A stretch of DNA of 58,715 bases, filler included, from Ionaspis alba (taxonomy: Eukaryota), in NCBI GenBank assembly GCA_964255285.1. It is 6 parts of 6 records of this genome, joined end to end, with 100 filler letters (N's around TTAATTAATTAA, not from the genome) between each part and the next. Parts side by side here need not be neighbours in the genome. Positions count along the whole stretch, not along the records: positions 9,842 to 19,553 come from CAXUUL010000650.1; positions 19,654 to 29,354 come from CAXUUL010000651.1; 4 more parts are not named here. The stretch is one strand, 5' to 3'. Shown piece by piece: positions 13,326-25,933 of this stretch (the stretch's first letter is position 1; the number at the start of each line of letters is the position of its first letter). The notes under the pieces were generated by a model that worked only from the letters and a program-made list of their open reading frames with translations, did not search any database and was not told the DNA's origin. The translations under genes and the position numbers were made by a program.

Positions 13326-14821
13326 CTAGACGTAATTGTATTCTGCAATAGGCCCTGGGCATGGCACGCATGGCAAATAGCTCGATACAGTCTGACCCAT
13401 CATCTTAAAGAAGTGTTGCCTGATGAGACTGATCTGCGTGTTATTCTGCACCGTGTTTAATGGATTTCCATACTGAAGCGTGAAAGTATCAGTGTGATTG
13501 ACGTATATCTCACAGTTCGGCACATCGTGCATGAACAGAGACCAAAATTGATCTCCCGCCACCACCGGATTGGGGAGAGTTTGGCGACTTTCGATGATGC
13601 CCAAGAAGGATTGGAGGGAGGATGCCGCGGTAACTCTTCCGGTCCAGTCATATTCTCCGACTAAGTAGACCTTGTTGACACTCTCGACTAGTGCTATGTC
13701 TCTTCGTAGCTTGCCATTATCGGGAGGGTAGTAGTGGTCTGAGAATATATCGATTGGTGCAATATTCAAATGAGTCTTGTTGACACCGTACGTTCCATCG
13801 ACGACAAGCTTGTTAGGGGCCAACTGTTTAATGAAGCTCTACCGGGCATCAGATTCATGACTCAAGGACTTCATGGTACAAACTCACGGCAATTTCAGTA
13901 GTCCACGTGACCGGGACATCTTGATCACCTGAAACATTAGAATCAGCAAGGCGTGTTCTTGCGATGACGACCTCCAGCTCACCGAATATTGGGCCGCCAA
14001 GTTCGTTCCCAGTCTCGTAAGCAAATATCGTGGGGTCTTCACCATAAGTTAAACCGGTGTAGGGGTTCTTGTGAGTGATCAGATGCTCGATATAGTTCTT
14101 GAAGTCTTGGACTATGGTCTTGTTTGTATAGAACTGCATGACCAATGGATCAACTTTGGAAGCATCACTGGATTTGATATCTATCCCTCGAAATCTTAAG
14201 AAGTTGAATTTCCCGCCATGATAGTAGTCCTAGAGCCATCAGAAATGATCCACCGTGGTAGAGAGGATGTCTTCATACATAGTTATCTGTTAGAGGAGCC
14301 ATGATTCTGATACCATGCTGGCGAGCTTGAAAGACCGTCCAGTCAATTGTCTCAAAGCCTTGCTCGTTATACACGCCTAAAGCAGGCATCACGCTCAACG
14401 GATTACCAACGCTGACTCCGAGGGTCTGGCTTCGTATTGTGCGAGCACCCATGGTTTGAAGGGTATTCATGATCTCTGTGATACGTCCCTTGGTCGGATA
14501 GCTGGCGTTGAAAGGCTCATAGAAGTGCTGTCCAGCAGGAGGGATGACATTCTCATCCAAGCCGAGCCAATAGACGTTTGCACCACTGGCAGTCCATGGC
14601 TTACCATTTAGTCTGAGTCTGGCTCCATCACGATATACATAAGAATTTCTTTCAATTTGCACAGTGACTGGCTCAACCAAAGTCTGTATCAACTCGGGAG
14701 TGATGGCGCCTAGCTTGTGCGTGACCGGTCCGAGCTGAGCGACTAGGGAGTTTATAAGAAAAGCTGCTGGTAGCTGTGCACTAGCAGCAGTGATAAATAG
14801 AAAAATGATGAAAGCGACCAT
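13326..14821 (-). CDS. Secreted glycoside hydrolase family 5 (beta-mannanase-like), multi-exon
   Basis: Signal peptide MVAFIIFLFITAASA; GANVYWLGLDEN; acid/base motif IFAYETGNELGG; SDHYYP; nucleophile motif LVGEYDW. Confidence 0.88.
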
Positions 14822-15951
14822 CTTTTGACTTTGAAATGGCAAGGCACAAGCAATGGCAACAGAAAGAAGTGCAGACTCGATCAATATATCTCCATAACTT
14901 TAATGATTTCTCTTAACATAATGGTGGAAGCTCGAGAGATCCCGTGAGACATGCTCCCCGCAGCGCAGATCCATGTAGTGCATCATGACTAGGCATGTCC
15001 GATGGTACTATGAAGCAAAAGCTGAATTGGAGAAGACCTTGATGAGTGCCTCTTCCCCGCCCTTACGAGACATTGCATCTGTGTCTAATCTTTAGTGTCC
15101 GTTATCCGGAAAGCAACTCAACTCGACGAAATGTCCGAGGCTTTGCAAGAGGCGGGCGAACCAACGTCGCCGATCCCATTGCTGGTTGAAGAAGGTACAG
15201 CGTCCCATGAGCAGCTGCTGTGCGGACGGAGCACATCGGCCAATCATGATCGGCTAAGGCGAGCCACCTGTTCCCGGCTTTAGCGGTCCGGGGTAACAAT
15301 CTTTAAAGACAACCTCAAGCCACAGAAAATAATATAGATTCTATCATCAAGGTTTTCCCTGGGTCTTTCTACACTATGTGTGAGCTTGTTGGTAGCTCAG
15401 CAGCTGCGATATGGCATAGAGGCCCCTGAGTGATTGCGAAGCACCAGAGAAACATGCGTTCCAAGGAGACTGCTCTACTTCACGATCGCTGCTATAGGGA
15501 GTCCGATCTCTATGATTTACTGTTGAATTTCACAAGATTTTACTGATCTTCGCGCGTTTGACGCGGTCAAGAATACAAGATGCATGTTATGAAGCCTTTG
15601 CAGAAATTCAGCCAGCACCCTCGAAGCCTTGGACAGTTTATCAAAGCTCTCTGCCAACACTGTCTATATTAGCCCATACTCTAGAGGATGAATATGGCTT
15701 TTCAACATGTTAGCATGGGTCTAACTCTTCATCTATTTCATTCTGTGATTCACAATTCTTTCAAGCTTTCTCCTGCTTACTGCTTCAGTCTCTCGAGTCT
15801 TTATATTCGGCCCAAAAGAACGAACAAGTACGAACTTCCTGTAGTTTCCTACCACTCTTCCATCTCCTGCCAGAATTCCCCCCTCTATGCCACGGTGGTG
15901 GCACTCAACGCAGCCTTGCCTCTATACCAAGTATCCACACATCTAAACGTC

Positions 15952-16611
15952 ATGCAGCTGGTCCTGCAGAGCGTACTCCGAAACTATTATCGATCAGCTT
16001 ACCTTCGGTACATGCATACTACTGGTGGGCTCCAGCCGGAACCTAGTGTAATGGTCAGGGAGACCTGCAAATATCAAGATGAAGAAGGAAGAATATGCGG
16101 CCTGGCCGTCGATTTCGACATCTCGCCTTTCCTGCAAGACGGCCCTGCCTGGTGCGAAAGCTGCATAGCAAAGGCTACCGCTCGAAGGCAAGAGATACTT
16201 CGGGAAATTACCTCTATGTCCTACCCTCGCGGACGTTTCGCATCTCTACGGTCTCAGAGAACCAGTAGCGGACGCAGCCAATCTTACACAAGCCTTGAAG
16301 AGAACGATACAGGGAGTGACCAGAGACACGTCAGTAAAAAGAAGAAGAGAGTCCGATGGAAGGACGAGATCGAGTCTCTTGGCTTGGCAACTTCAACTCA
16401 ACATGCTCGCTCTTCCGCTAGACACAGAACCGCCTTACCACAACCTCACCCAGGAGCGATCCGCCACCGTCGATTGTCCGCCACTGTTCAGGAGCTTATG
16501 CTCGTTGTCTGGTTGTTTAGTTACTTAGGTTTAGCTCTCATGTTTTGCAAAATGTTTGTTCATTACACCATGGAGCTCCGTCAGATTGGGTTCATGGAGG
16601 CGAGCTTATAG
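15952..16611 (+). CDS. Hypothetical protein (Cys cluster, basic KKKKRVRW motif, C-terminal TM); start uncertain
   Basis: Part of a 307-codon open frame; C..ICG..WCESC motif and hydrophobic C-terminus; no recognised family. Confidence 0.35.
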   Translation: MQLVLQSVLRNYYRSAYLRYMHTTGGLQPEPSVMVRETCKYQDEEGRICGLAVDFDISPFLQDGPAWCESCIAKATARRQEILREITSMSYPRGRFASLRSQRTSSGRSQSYTSLEENDTGSDQRHVSKKKKRVRWKDEIESLGLATSTQHARSSARHRTALPQPHPGAIRHRRLSATVQELMLVVWLFSYLGLALMFCKMFVHYTMELRQIGFMEASL

Positions 16612-17326
16612 GTCAGCTACCAGCCGGCTCTGGTAGACTGTCTGGATGTGCAGTTGCTGGCGGGTTCTGGATTCTTGGATGCAGGATTTCGCAGGATCTT
16701 TACGTCTCTGCATTCTGTCGGTCACATGTCATGTCCATCATCTTCGGTTCCGTACGTATCACAAAAGATTGACAAGGAACCTGAGTGTCTTTGATGTCTA
16801 GAATACCATTCTCTCGACCCTCGAGCTCGAGCCTTGGTTTTCTTAACAGCAAATGGAGATCAAGTACTCCTACGCTCTCTCTAACCTTGTTGCCTCAACA
16901 CAATATATCTATATTCACAGGTGGTTCACATGGTATGCGCTAGCTCAGCATACCGCAAGAAATGTGACTGGTCAGCCTATCTAAATCTTTTCCTAGCATC
17001 TCATCTAGCACCCTCTCGACAGGCTCTACAGTATTACCGTTGTTTGCTTCTGAGCCAGTTCTAGCAGCTTCTCATGTAGCAAACAACTATCGGAGTCCCA
17101 AGAAGATGTGCCAAAAGCTCGATCATATCTGACCTGCATGACCACTTCAGGTTCCTTGCTCAAACACTTCTCTTCATTAAACTCTAAGTCGGTCAAAACA
17201 TATTCTGGCCAAATTCACAGCTTACCATTCGACTTGAACTCAATAGTGCGTACAACACCACATTCACCTCCATCAAGCGCCACTCCATTTCTCGCCAGCC
17301 TGCTCTCTGAACTACTTGTCCCAGCC

Positions 17327-17707
17327 ATGTGCTACCTACCCTACAGTATTTGCCACGACCGCCACAGTCACATTCTTGTCCAAAGCCCACAGCACTGCAA
17401 AAGACCCAAGCACTGCCAACCAATCCAGGTATCAGTACAAGGTCCCTTAGAGTGCCAGCAGTGTCTGAGCACAAAGCCGCAGAGGGAGGCTTTTGAGAGG
17501 AAGTGCCAGGAAGCAAAGGAGGGACTAAAGGAGAAAATCGATGACCTCAAGCGGAGAGAGAAAGAGATCGCAGACAGCATGGCCGCCTATTCGACGATCG
17601 ATTTGGCCTGCTTGACGCCTTTGCCGGGTGACCGGGCAGAGCAGCCGGCCTACGTACAAGATGTTTGGAGGGAGAGGCAGCGTACGTGGGGTTCTCGACC
17701 ATTCTAG
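17327..17707 (+). CDS. Small Cys/His-rich orphan protein with coiled coil
   Basis: MCYLPYSICHDRH..HCKRPKHC..ECQQC followed by a charged helical segment; good context GCCATG. Confidence 0.5.
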   Translation: MCYLPYSICHDRHSHILVQSPQHCKRPKHCQPIQVSVQGPLECQQCLSTKPQREAFERKCQEAKEGLKEKIDDLKRREKEIADSMAAYSTIDLACLTPLPGDRAEQPAYVQDVWRERQRTWGSRPF

Positions 17708-19553
17708 TGGAAGAAGGACCGGTTTCTATTGGTGTGAAGATTCATTCTGGGTTTGATCGATAGTACTTCACCAGACCAGGCTAGGTATCCGAGAGGAATT
17801 ATCAGAACACAGTGACAGATATCTCTGGTTCAAATCCAGCTTCCTGTCTCACTTTGTCTTCCTATGCACACCTTTTCTGCAGTCGTCATCTTCGCAATAG
17901 CGGCAAAGAAGAAGACAGCAGAGGAGAAGGCGGCAAAGGAGAAAGCGGCCGAGCTGGCCAAATGAGGAGCTCGGAAACAGGAGCAACACAAGACCTCCTT
18001 GAAACGAGAGTGGGTGATATCGGAGTGGCATGAGCACGCTAGCGATTTGGGCGTGCGAAGTGAGCTTACGATGAAATAGGAGTGGAAGTGAGGATGCTTT
18101 TGGCATGAGCATGCTGCGAAACAGCAGAATCTGTGCTGTCTGTTGCGCTTGTTGCATCTATACGAATTCTGCATGAGTTCTGCACGGAACGTATAAGATT
18201 ACACAACAGCTGTATTTCCGTATCCGATACAGTACGTCTACTGCTTTGTTGTGAGTGTTGCAGACGATGAGTGAAACTTGGTAACTGCATCTAACCAGTG
18301 CAATGTGAATCACCACTTCTGGACTCCACTAATTTTCCTTGGGTTATTTCACAAGCAGCAGGATCGATAGCTCAACGTAGCTTCAGGGAGCAAGAACGCA
18401 CCAGCGAACTTGACCGACAAAACCCTTGACAAGTGTTCCGAGATAGACAGAGATAAAAACAACCTAGCACGGTATTACCAAACCTTTCCGAGAAATACTT
18501 CTTTGTACGCATTCCGTTGGCCAGAATTCCTTGTCCCTGAGAACACCCAGCATACCAATACCAAGTCTTGCTCGCCAGACCGTCTACCACAAGGTTCCTA
18601 TATTCCCCCTTCAATGAGTTCATGCCCTCAGTGCCCGGAGCCACGCATTTCAGTCTCGCCATCAAAGTGTGTACTCGCCCAGCGAGTGGACGGGCGGCTG
18701 TAGACAGGGACTGAACCACACACACGCACCGAGCGATGCAAACGCGCAGTGGACTGCGAAAATGCCTATGCCGTAGTCTCGGTTCCTCAGCCTTGGGTAC
18801 TCCTTGTGAAGGCCTAGCGCAGGCGACCGCGACAGAGGAGCAGAAGAGCGGAGAACAGGCGGGAAGATAAGAGAAAGCAAGGAGGAGCGTGGAGACTGGT
18901 GTTAGAGAACTGGGAGAGTACGGACTGAGCAATATGGACTCGAAAGTTCATTTCAACTGGACCAGAAGAGGAGACGAACGTAGGGAGTATTTGAGGTATG
19001 GTCCGGCCCGATGAGGTAGTTGTGTTATATGAGCTGGGAATCTGGCATTTGGATCTGCTTGAACAGGAGCGTAGGAGGAAGTCGTACTGTGGGGCGAAGA
19101 CGCTGCTGATTTCGCTGGGCATACATACACATGGAGGAGGCATGGAATGAGACTCTGCGGACAACTGCAGAATTATTCAACTGCTTAAAATGGGAGAGCA
19201 TCGACAAGGAGCTTCTAGCAGCTTGCGACGAATTGAAGTCATCAGCATCAGGAAACCATGCAGAAATGGAAGTGAGTAGGACCGACGAGGGGTCTCTTGG
19301 TAGGCGACTTCTCCAATCGAGCATAGAACGTATAGTATGCATCAGAACAGTACTTCCTTCAAAGCTAATGCAACACTGTCCGTACTTACAAGCACACCGC
19401 AGAAAGAGCGCACTCCAGAGTCTCGCCTTCCCCCTCTGCCCTCATTCCTCTCACGAGCATCCTCAAAATCTCGCATCGAGACTTAGGCGGCAGGCACAGA
19501 CAATGCCTTCATTCTGCTCCAACAATATTGAAAATAAAAAGCTCTAAACCGTT

Positions 19554-19653
19554 NNNNNNNNNNNNNNNNNNNNNNNNNNNNNNNNNNNNNNNNNNNNTTA
19601 ATTAATTAANNNNNNNNNNNNNNNNNNNNNNNNNNNNNNNNNNNNNNNNNNNN
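19554..19653. other. Artificial contig linker
   Basis: N44-TTAATTAATTAA-N44. Confidence 0.97.
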
Positions 19654-21025
19654 GGGTTTGGGAGGGAAGAGATTGGACGCTAATTTAGGGTGATTTCTTT
19701 TTCGGGTCGTGGCAGAAGTGTCCGGGCGATGATGATTATTATCGATTATTATTGCTACAGTACGAGGGGGTCAGCCCATCCGTAAGGGCAGCGACGAGTT
19801 TGATTGGCAGGAACAGGGCCATGAGGACGCTACAGAATACGAGGCTCAGTACTAGTGTATCAATAATACCGCAACGATACGTCCTCGCTTACTCGTGCAT
19901 GATACGCAAAGCATGGGGCAGGACTGTATAAGGGAACAGGAGGGCAGTGCACGCATACATCATGTACGACATCATGTACGGTTGAAAGCACTCTACGCCC
20001 CCTCTATCATCTGCCTTGCATTATCAGTATTATTGTTACCATCATAATTGTTGATATGATCATGTCGATCCCATCACAAGCACTGGAAACCGAACTACCA
20101 GTACAAGTAAGTTGTAGTATTACTGATTTGTGCCCTGCATCCGCAAGGACGATTTTCGATCTGTCAAAAACCCGCTGTCGGGAAAGGGAAAGCATTACCG
20201 AATCGGCGTAAGTCGCGGGTGCTTGCCCCTCGGGTGGATGATCCCTTTCGGTTTCGTTGGATGACGTTCTTCCTTGCCTATAGACTACGAGTACTACTAT
20301 CCTGTACTTTCCACCACCCCTTCCACCTTTCCCACCAGCTCGGAAGCCCTCTCGACTTCCCGGGCCAATGCCGATCGTCGCTGGTCCTGTTGGTGGTGAA
20401 CGAGCCGAGCGGCCAGACGGGCGACCCATCAGCACGGTAGAGCCTAGTGGACGCCTTTCCCTCTTCTTTCTCCATCTCCCTCCTGTTCTTGCCTATCGGT
20501 TGTACCCAGGATCGAGAAAAAGCTCCTTGGACTGCCGGGAGTTGCTTTTGAGGCTGCCGTGGGCGTGCTTCTAGGTGGCTTGGGTGGGTCTGCCGCCTGT
20601 AGAGGTGGAGGAGCCGGGGTGGGGGGGCGATCTGTCACGAACGTACGAGGTATTGCTCGATTTGTCACGGTCGCAAATTATGAGAGCATCGTTATTTCGA
20701 AGAAGTGCATTCATTAACAATTGTACGGAGCAGACACAGTGGATTATTCTGCCTACCAGCGCGACGCGTCTGATCAGCAGACCTTGGCACCTTCATGGCG
20801 AGATCGGGAGGGTCTGATCCTTGTGCCTGCCAGAATTAGCTGCGCACCAGTTGACCCTCAGACTCTCTTCCGCTCGAGGGGAGATGTTCATTCTTCATAG
20901 CACCGCAAACTATAGGAAATCAAATACTGTATTGAACTCGTCAAGAGTCCCGCTATGCTGAAATACAATACAGTCACCGCAAATGCCATCCTGAAATGAT
21001 ACAGGGCATCCCTTCTCCATCCTAA

Positions 21026-24000
21026 TCAAAACCCAAAAGAATCCAACAGACTACCCACATCCGGTTCCTCAAATATCTTCGGCGGCACACCTTGATCCCT
21101 TCCACCAGATTTCATAGTTGTCGTCGGAGACTTCGGGACCGGTAAATCATCGACTACGAGACTACTTCTCCTCCGCAGCATCCGGCGGGGATCTGGGATG
21201 GTATCGATGGATTTCCTCATATCCTCGGGTCTGAGGAAGTCCCAATTACGCACTTGGGTCTGTGTGAGTAAATGAGGGTCTCTGGATAGAGAGAAAAACG
21301 TACCTAGGTCCAAAGCAAGGAGATCGCAGCCCATGCGGTCGTAAAGACGGGCCGTTTGCATCACAAACTGCCACTCAGCTCGTGGGGAGATTTTTGAAGC
21401 GCCTTTGAGCGTTTGAAGAGTCTTGTCCCGTAGTTGCTTGTACAGGACTACCAATGCCGGATCAGTTGTCAAGTAGGACTTGGCTTCCTGAGTAGGAGTC
21501 TCTGGCGTGTCTAGGAGCATGTAAACTGGAGACTGCGACCTTTGTCAGCATTGATCTATCGTAGAGTATCATGAGGAAATGATTACGATCAAAGCTCGAA
21601 CAGCCATGTCCCTCCTGCCGAGCATCCAAAAGGTCCACATCGCCAACCAACGATTACCTTGCAGGGCGGCCAGGGGAAGGATCTTATCCTCGAGCAGCTC
21701 CCGAAACACAGGACCTTCGTCTCCTTCGTAAACCCGGGCGACGGCAACGGCTAATTGTAGATCCTGTAGTTGATTGGAACACACGTGGACGGCGTCTCGT
21801 AAATTACCAGCAAGAAGGAAGAACGCTACAGCATATTCTGGAGCCGGTCAACGCACGTCTCTCTGCTGAGCCAACTGTTGCAGACGTACCAAATCGTCGT
21901 TTGCCAAGCAAGGCATAAGCATTCTTGAGAGCTGCCGTCTTCCATCGAGGATCACTGAAATTGTTTGATAAAAATTTCTGTGTCGATGATTGTTCTCTAT
22001 GCCACGAGGCCATCCTCCAGAGTCCCACGAGAACCGTCTTCTTCTTCAGTGCTAAATAATATAGACTGCAGTCGATGGGGTTCTTCTCGTCGGTTTTGGT
22101 GTATTCATTCCTTGCGATGATCTCAAATTGAGCCCGCTATATGTATGTCAGTCCTGCTAGATAGACGGCTCCAATGCAATACGCACAAGGGCAGTGATAT
22201 CCGTCATCCACATGAACATGCCACTTTCCCTCACATGTTCCCAGAGCATTCGACCTTTAAAGGATCTTGACACTAGGTCCACCAGGATATCTTGGCTCCC
22301 ACTCTGAAATGCCCATGCAATCTCTCTCCATGTGATGCCGACCTGCCGTTCCGGGGCTTGCGCTTTTCGGAGCATGTGCTGTCGAAAGAATAGTAGATAA
22401 CGCATGGCATTGTCGTCCATGGAACGTCTGTGTCTCTCTGCTGTTGCCACACACTCTATTAGGTCTGCTAAGTCAAACTGTTCTGGACTTGTCAGGTAAG
22501 GTATTGGAAGTCTGGCCAGGATCTCGTTGAGTGTGGCGGCTAGTTCTTCCGTGACATTTTCTGGCTCGTCATCGTCCGTAAAGTCGGCGTAGGCAGATTG
22601 CATTTCTTTATGACTGATGTGCGTGATGACCTGTATTCTCTTAGTATTGTATTTGAAGACATACACAATGTGTTACCTGTTGCTCCTCATAAAATTCGTT
22701 CGCCGAAAGACCAAGCAAACTATTCAAGTCTTCGCCATCACTGAAAAACTTCAAGGTCTTATTGAGATTGACGATGATCTTCTGTACCAGTGCGAGTTTG
22801 CCTGCTAGAATACATTGGGCTAGGAATTGTGGATGAAAGACAGGGAGGGGACCATTCAGTAGGGCAACAACGTCAAACAGATTCATAGACTCATGCTTGT
22901 GAGCAGGTATCGAGAAGTCACGGATCATCTCATCTGTAGTGGTAAGAAGTTTGTCATACACGAACAATTGGTTGCCAGCTCCAATGACTAGGTTGCCACT
23001 GCCCATCCAAGTACTATCACCAATTATATGTGGAGTTGAGTCCCGAATGTGGATTTCTCGTATTGGAGCCCACGCAGGGCCTTTGTTCAGATAATCATAT
23101 CGTATCTGTGCGAGAATTACTACTCTGTGAGGGAAGCCAACGGCTAGAATCGATTGCTGGTCAGGTGTTGATGTCCAGTCCAGATCTTGAATTGTTTCGT
23201 GTATGTTCCGATCATTTTCGTATTCCAATTGACCACTAGTGGTATCCCATATCGAGAGGCCATTCCTAGTCGAGTCGACAAGAGCTATTTTGCGAATAGA
23301 GCTGCCGCTTGCCAGCGTTGGTCTCTCGATACCTGTTTCGACTGTTGCCGTAACTAGCCAGTCCACAGAACCAGCTTCTACGTTGATCTTGGCCGTCCAT
23401 GCACGAAGCACGCCAGCGCTGGTGTAAGATATTGCAACGTCCTTGGCGAACGTGTCGAGGAAGCCCGCAATAGTTGGCGATGACCCAGCGGGATCGACGG
23501 GAACAACAGATAGGAGATCCTTTTGCTCCCCGAGATTGAATGAGCAGAATTCTTTCATCAGCGGACGTACAACACTGATTCTTCTGGCACTTTGTCCTCG
23601 GCCTTGATATAACTGAATTTGCCAAACAACACCTTTCATGTGTGAAGATATCGTCGCTAAATAAATGAACGGCGTATTTTCTTCTGGAGAAGGAAGTTGT
23701 AAAAGGCAGAGCGGTTTCCCATCAACTGTGAACTTGCACGAAGCCACTTGATCTGCTGCAAAGTTTCGTGCATCGAACAGCGTTGTATGGCGATGGTGCA
23801 GATTTGCGACAATGTTTCCGTCATCTACGAGGCACGTCCTATGGATATGCTCGGAAGAATCCAAAAAGCTGCATCGAGATAAGCCCATATCATTCTGGAC
23901 ATCCTGCTGCTTCCAGATCAAAGCTTGGTTGTCATTGGTCCGGGATATGAGAGCTCTTCCGCTAATGGTTCGTATGATTTTCTTGATGGGGCCTTCGTGG

Positions 24001-25348
24001 CCAGTCCAGAGAGCCTTGACCTGCATTCCAGTTTGGCCAGCAGAAGGCGCAAAGAACTCATCAAGCTTGCCACCTAGCCAGACTATTCTGCCATCAAAAT
24101 GATGCACCAGTATCGAGTAATTGGATCCAGACTCATCACCACAGAAATTAAGGAACCTGACATGCTCGTCGCTCGGGCCCGTCGCTTGTGGAAATAGAAC
24201 CTTGAAATTCTCGACATGTGCAACGTTGAAAACATCTTTGACAGTCCGAGCCTTAGAACCAACTCTCTCTAGACCCCATGCAGACATATGTCCCTTGCTG
24301 TCCAGCACTACACAGACTTCCGGCTTCCGCTCTGCGATATCGAGCAGATGCTCCAATGCGGGTTGCTGTTCGGCTTGACTGATAGTAAGCTGGACAGCAT
24401 TATCTATCGCACGACTGAAGTCATGACTATCAATGATGAAGACGTAGCGATCCCTTGACTGAAAGGCATGTTCCAGATATCGAGGCTGGATAGACTCTTG
24501 AGCATCAATCTCCGCCCAGAGCTGCAAAACCTGCAGACCATGTGGGTCCGTAGCGGCCCAGACTCTGACCCTATTGTCGGCACATATCGTATAAAGCACA
24601 TTATCAATCCCTTGCTCTTGATGCCCAGATTTGCGCCAATGTATGCCAGTGATCGTCGCGGGATGAGAAAGGTAACTAAAGTCGAACCGAACGTCGTCTG
24701 AAGCATAAGAGAGCCTTCTCCAGATCTTGACCAGGCGGTCATGTCTTGCCGTCGAAGCTATCAAACTGGCGTCATGGGAGAAGTGTGCAAAGACCACTGG
24801 GCTTGAGAGCGAACGACTCCAGATCAAGGCCTCTTCTCCATTAGTCTGGTAAAGTTTCAAGGATGACGAGCCGACCAAAAGCTCTTCTGAAGTGCCCCAC
24901 GACAATGTGCACGGAAAATTCTTGTCCTCGCGAATATTGAAGGTGTGCTGAAGCGACCACTATGTTAATTAGACCATCAGCACCATTCTGTCAGGTTTAT
25001 AATGCTTCTCCTATCCACCTTTAAGACGCCTTCCTTCTCGCCGAAAGGTCGATGGATCTGTACAGTCCCTCCCGAGCAAGTAGCTATCTTCCCGGTATGC
25101 TCATCGATGATGACAGCATCCAAGTCACTAGAATCATCATGGTAGATGGTCTGTAAGAGGTCGTGCGGTCCCGCCAGTATCACTAGAGCATGGCCGGAGA
25201 TATAGGCCTAGTATGACTCGAGTCATCAGCAGGAACATATACGTTCAGAGTGGAACTGGTTCCTTACAACGAGGCGCCTTCCACCCCATTTTGCAGTACA
25301 GACGGCCTGTAAAGTCGCCTGTGGCTTACCTGGGAGGACGGCTCGCAT
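21026..25348 (-). CDS. RAV1: RAVE complex subunit Rav1 (WD-repeat, rabconnectin-3/DmX-like), multi-exon
   Basis: Start MRAVLPGKPQ; WD repeats; C-terminal motifs LNGPLPVFHPQFLAQCILAGK, WREIAWAFQSGSQDILV, WKTAALKNAYALLGKRRF, LYDRMGCDLLALDL, SLLDSFGF*. Confidence 0.93.
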
Positions 25349-25933
25349 AGGAAGAACTGGAAGTGCTAGATGCACCAGTTCTCCAGTATTGCATTGACGT
25401 ACTGCGCATGATATGGAAAGCTGTATGAACTGTCAATTCCGACAGATAGGCCAGCGGTGATCGTCAAGATATTGACGCGGACACGGCTCCGAGATCCGCT
25501 CCCAAGACCATGCCGCGACGTCACACGATAAGAGTCCCCATCTTTACTCTTTTTTGGGGGAGGAGCGCGGATTGGTAATATACAAGGTCGGTAGGCTGAA
25601 GCAAAACTAGTAAGAGTCGCTACTCTCACAGACAGTATGTATTATCATTACACTAAGTAAACATCGAAGCTCTGATTTTAGGGCTTAAGATAAATCCCGC
25701 CAACCACCTTTGTGCATATGCGGTGAATCTCGCGATGATCCGAAACCAGATCTTAGCCTTTTCCACGTTAAGCGCACTGGGTATCATTCAGCTCCATGAC
25801 TACCATATCCAAAAACTCCAAGCCCAAGGACAGGCGCATTCAAAACCAAGACACCCCTCAACCCTTCATATCAATCATTCTCTCGTATCTGCCGTGCTTG
25901 GCTCACCCTCCTGGATATATCGCTAAATCCAAC

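Noticed and set aside
20007..20817. Pro-rich and Trp-rich short ORFs at the start of segment 3
   Set aside because: Could not assemble a consistent gene model or recognise a family.
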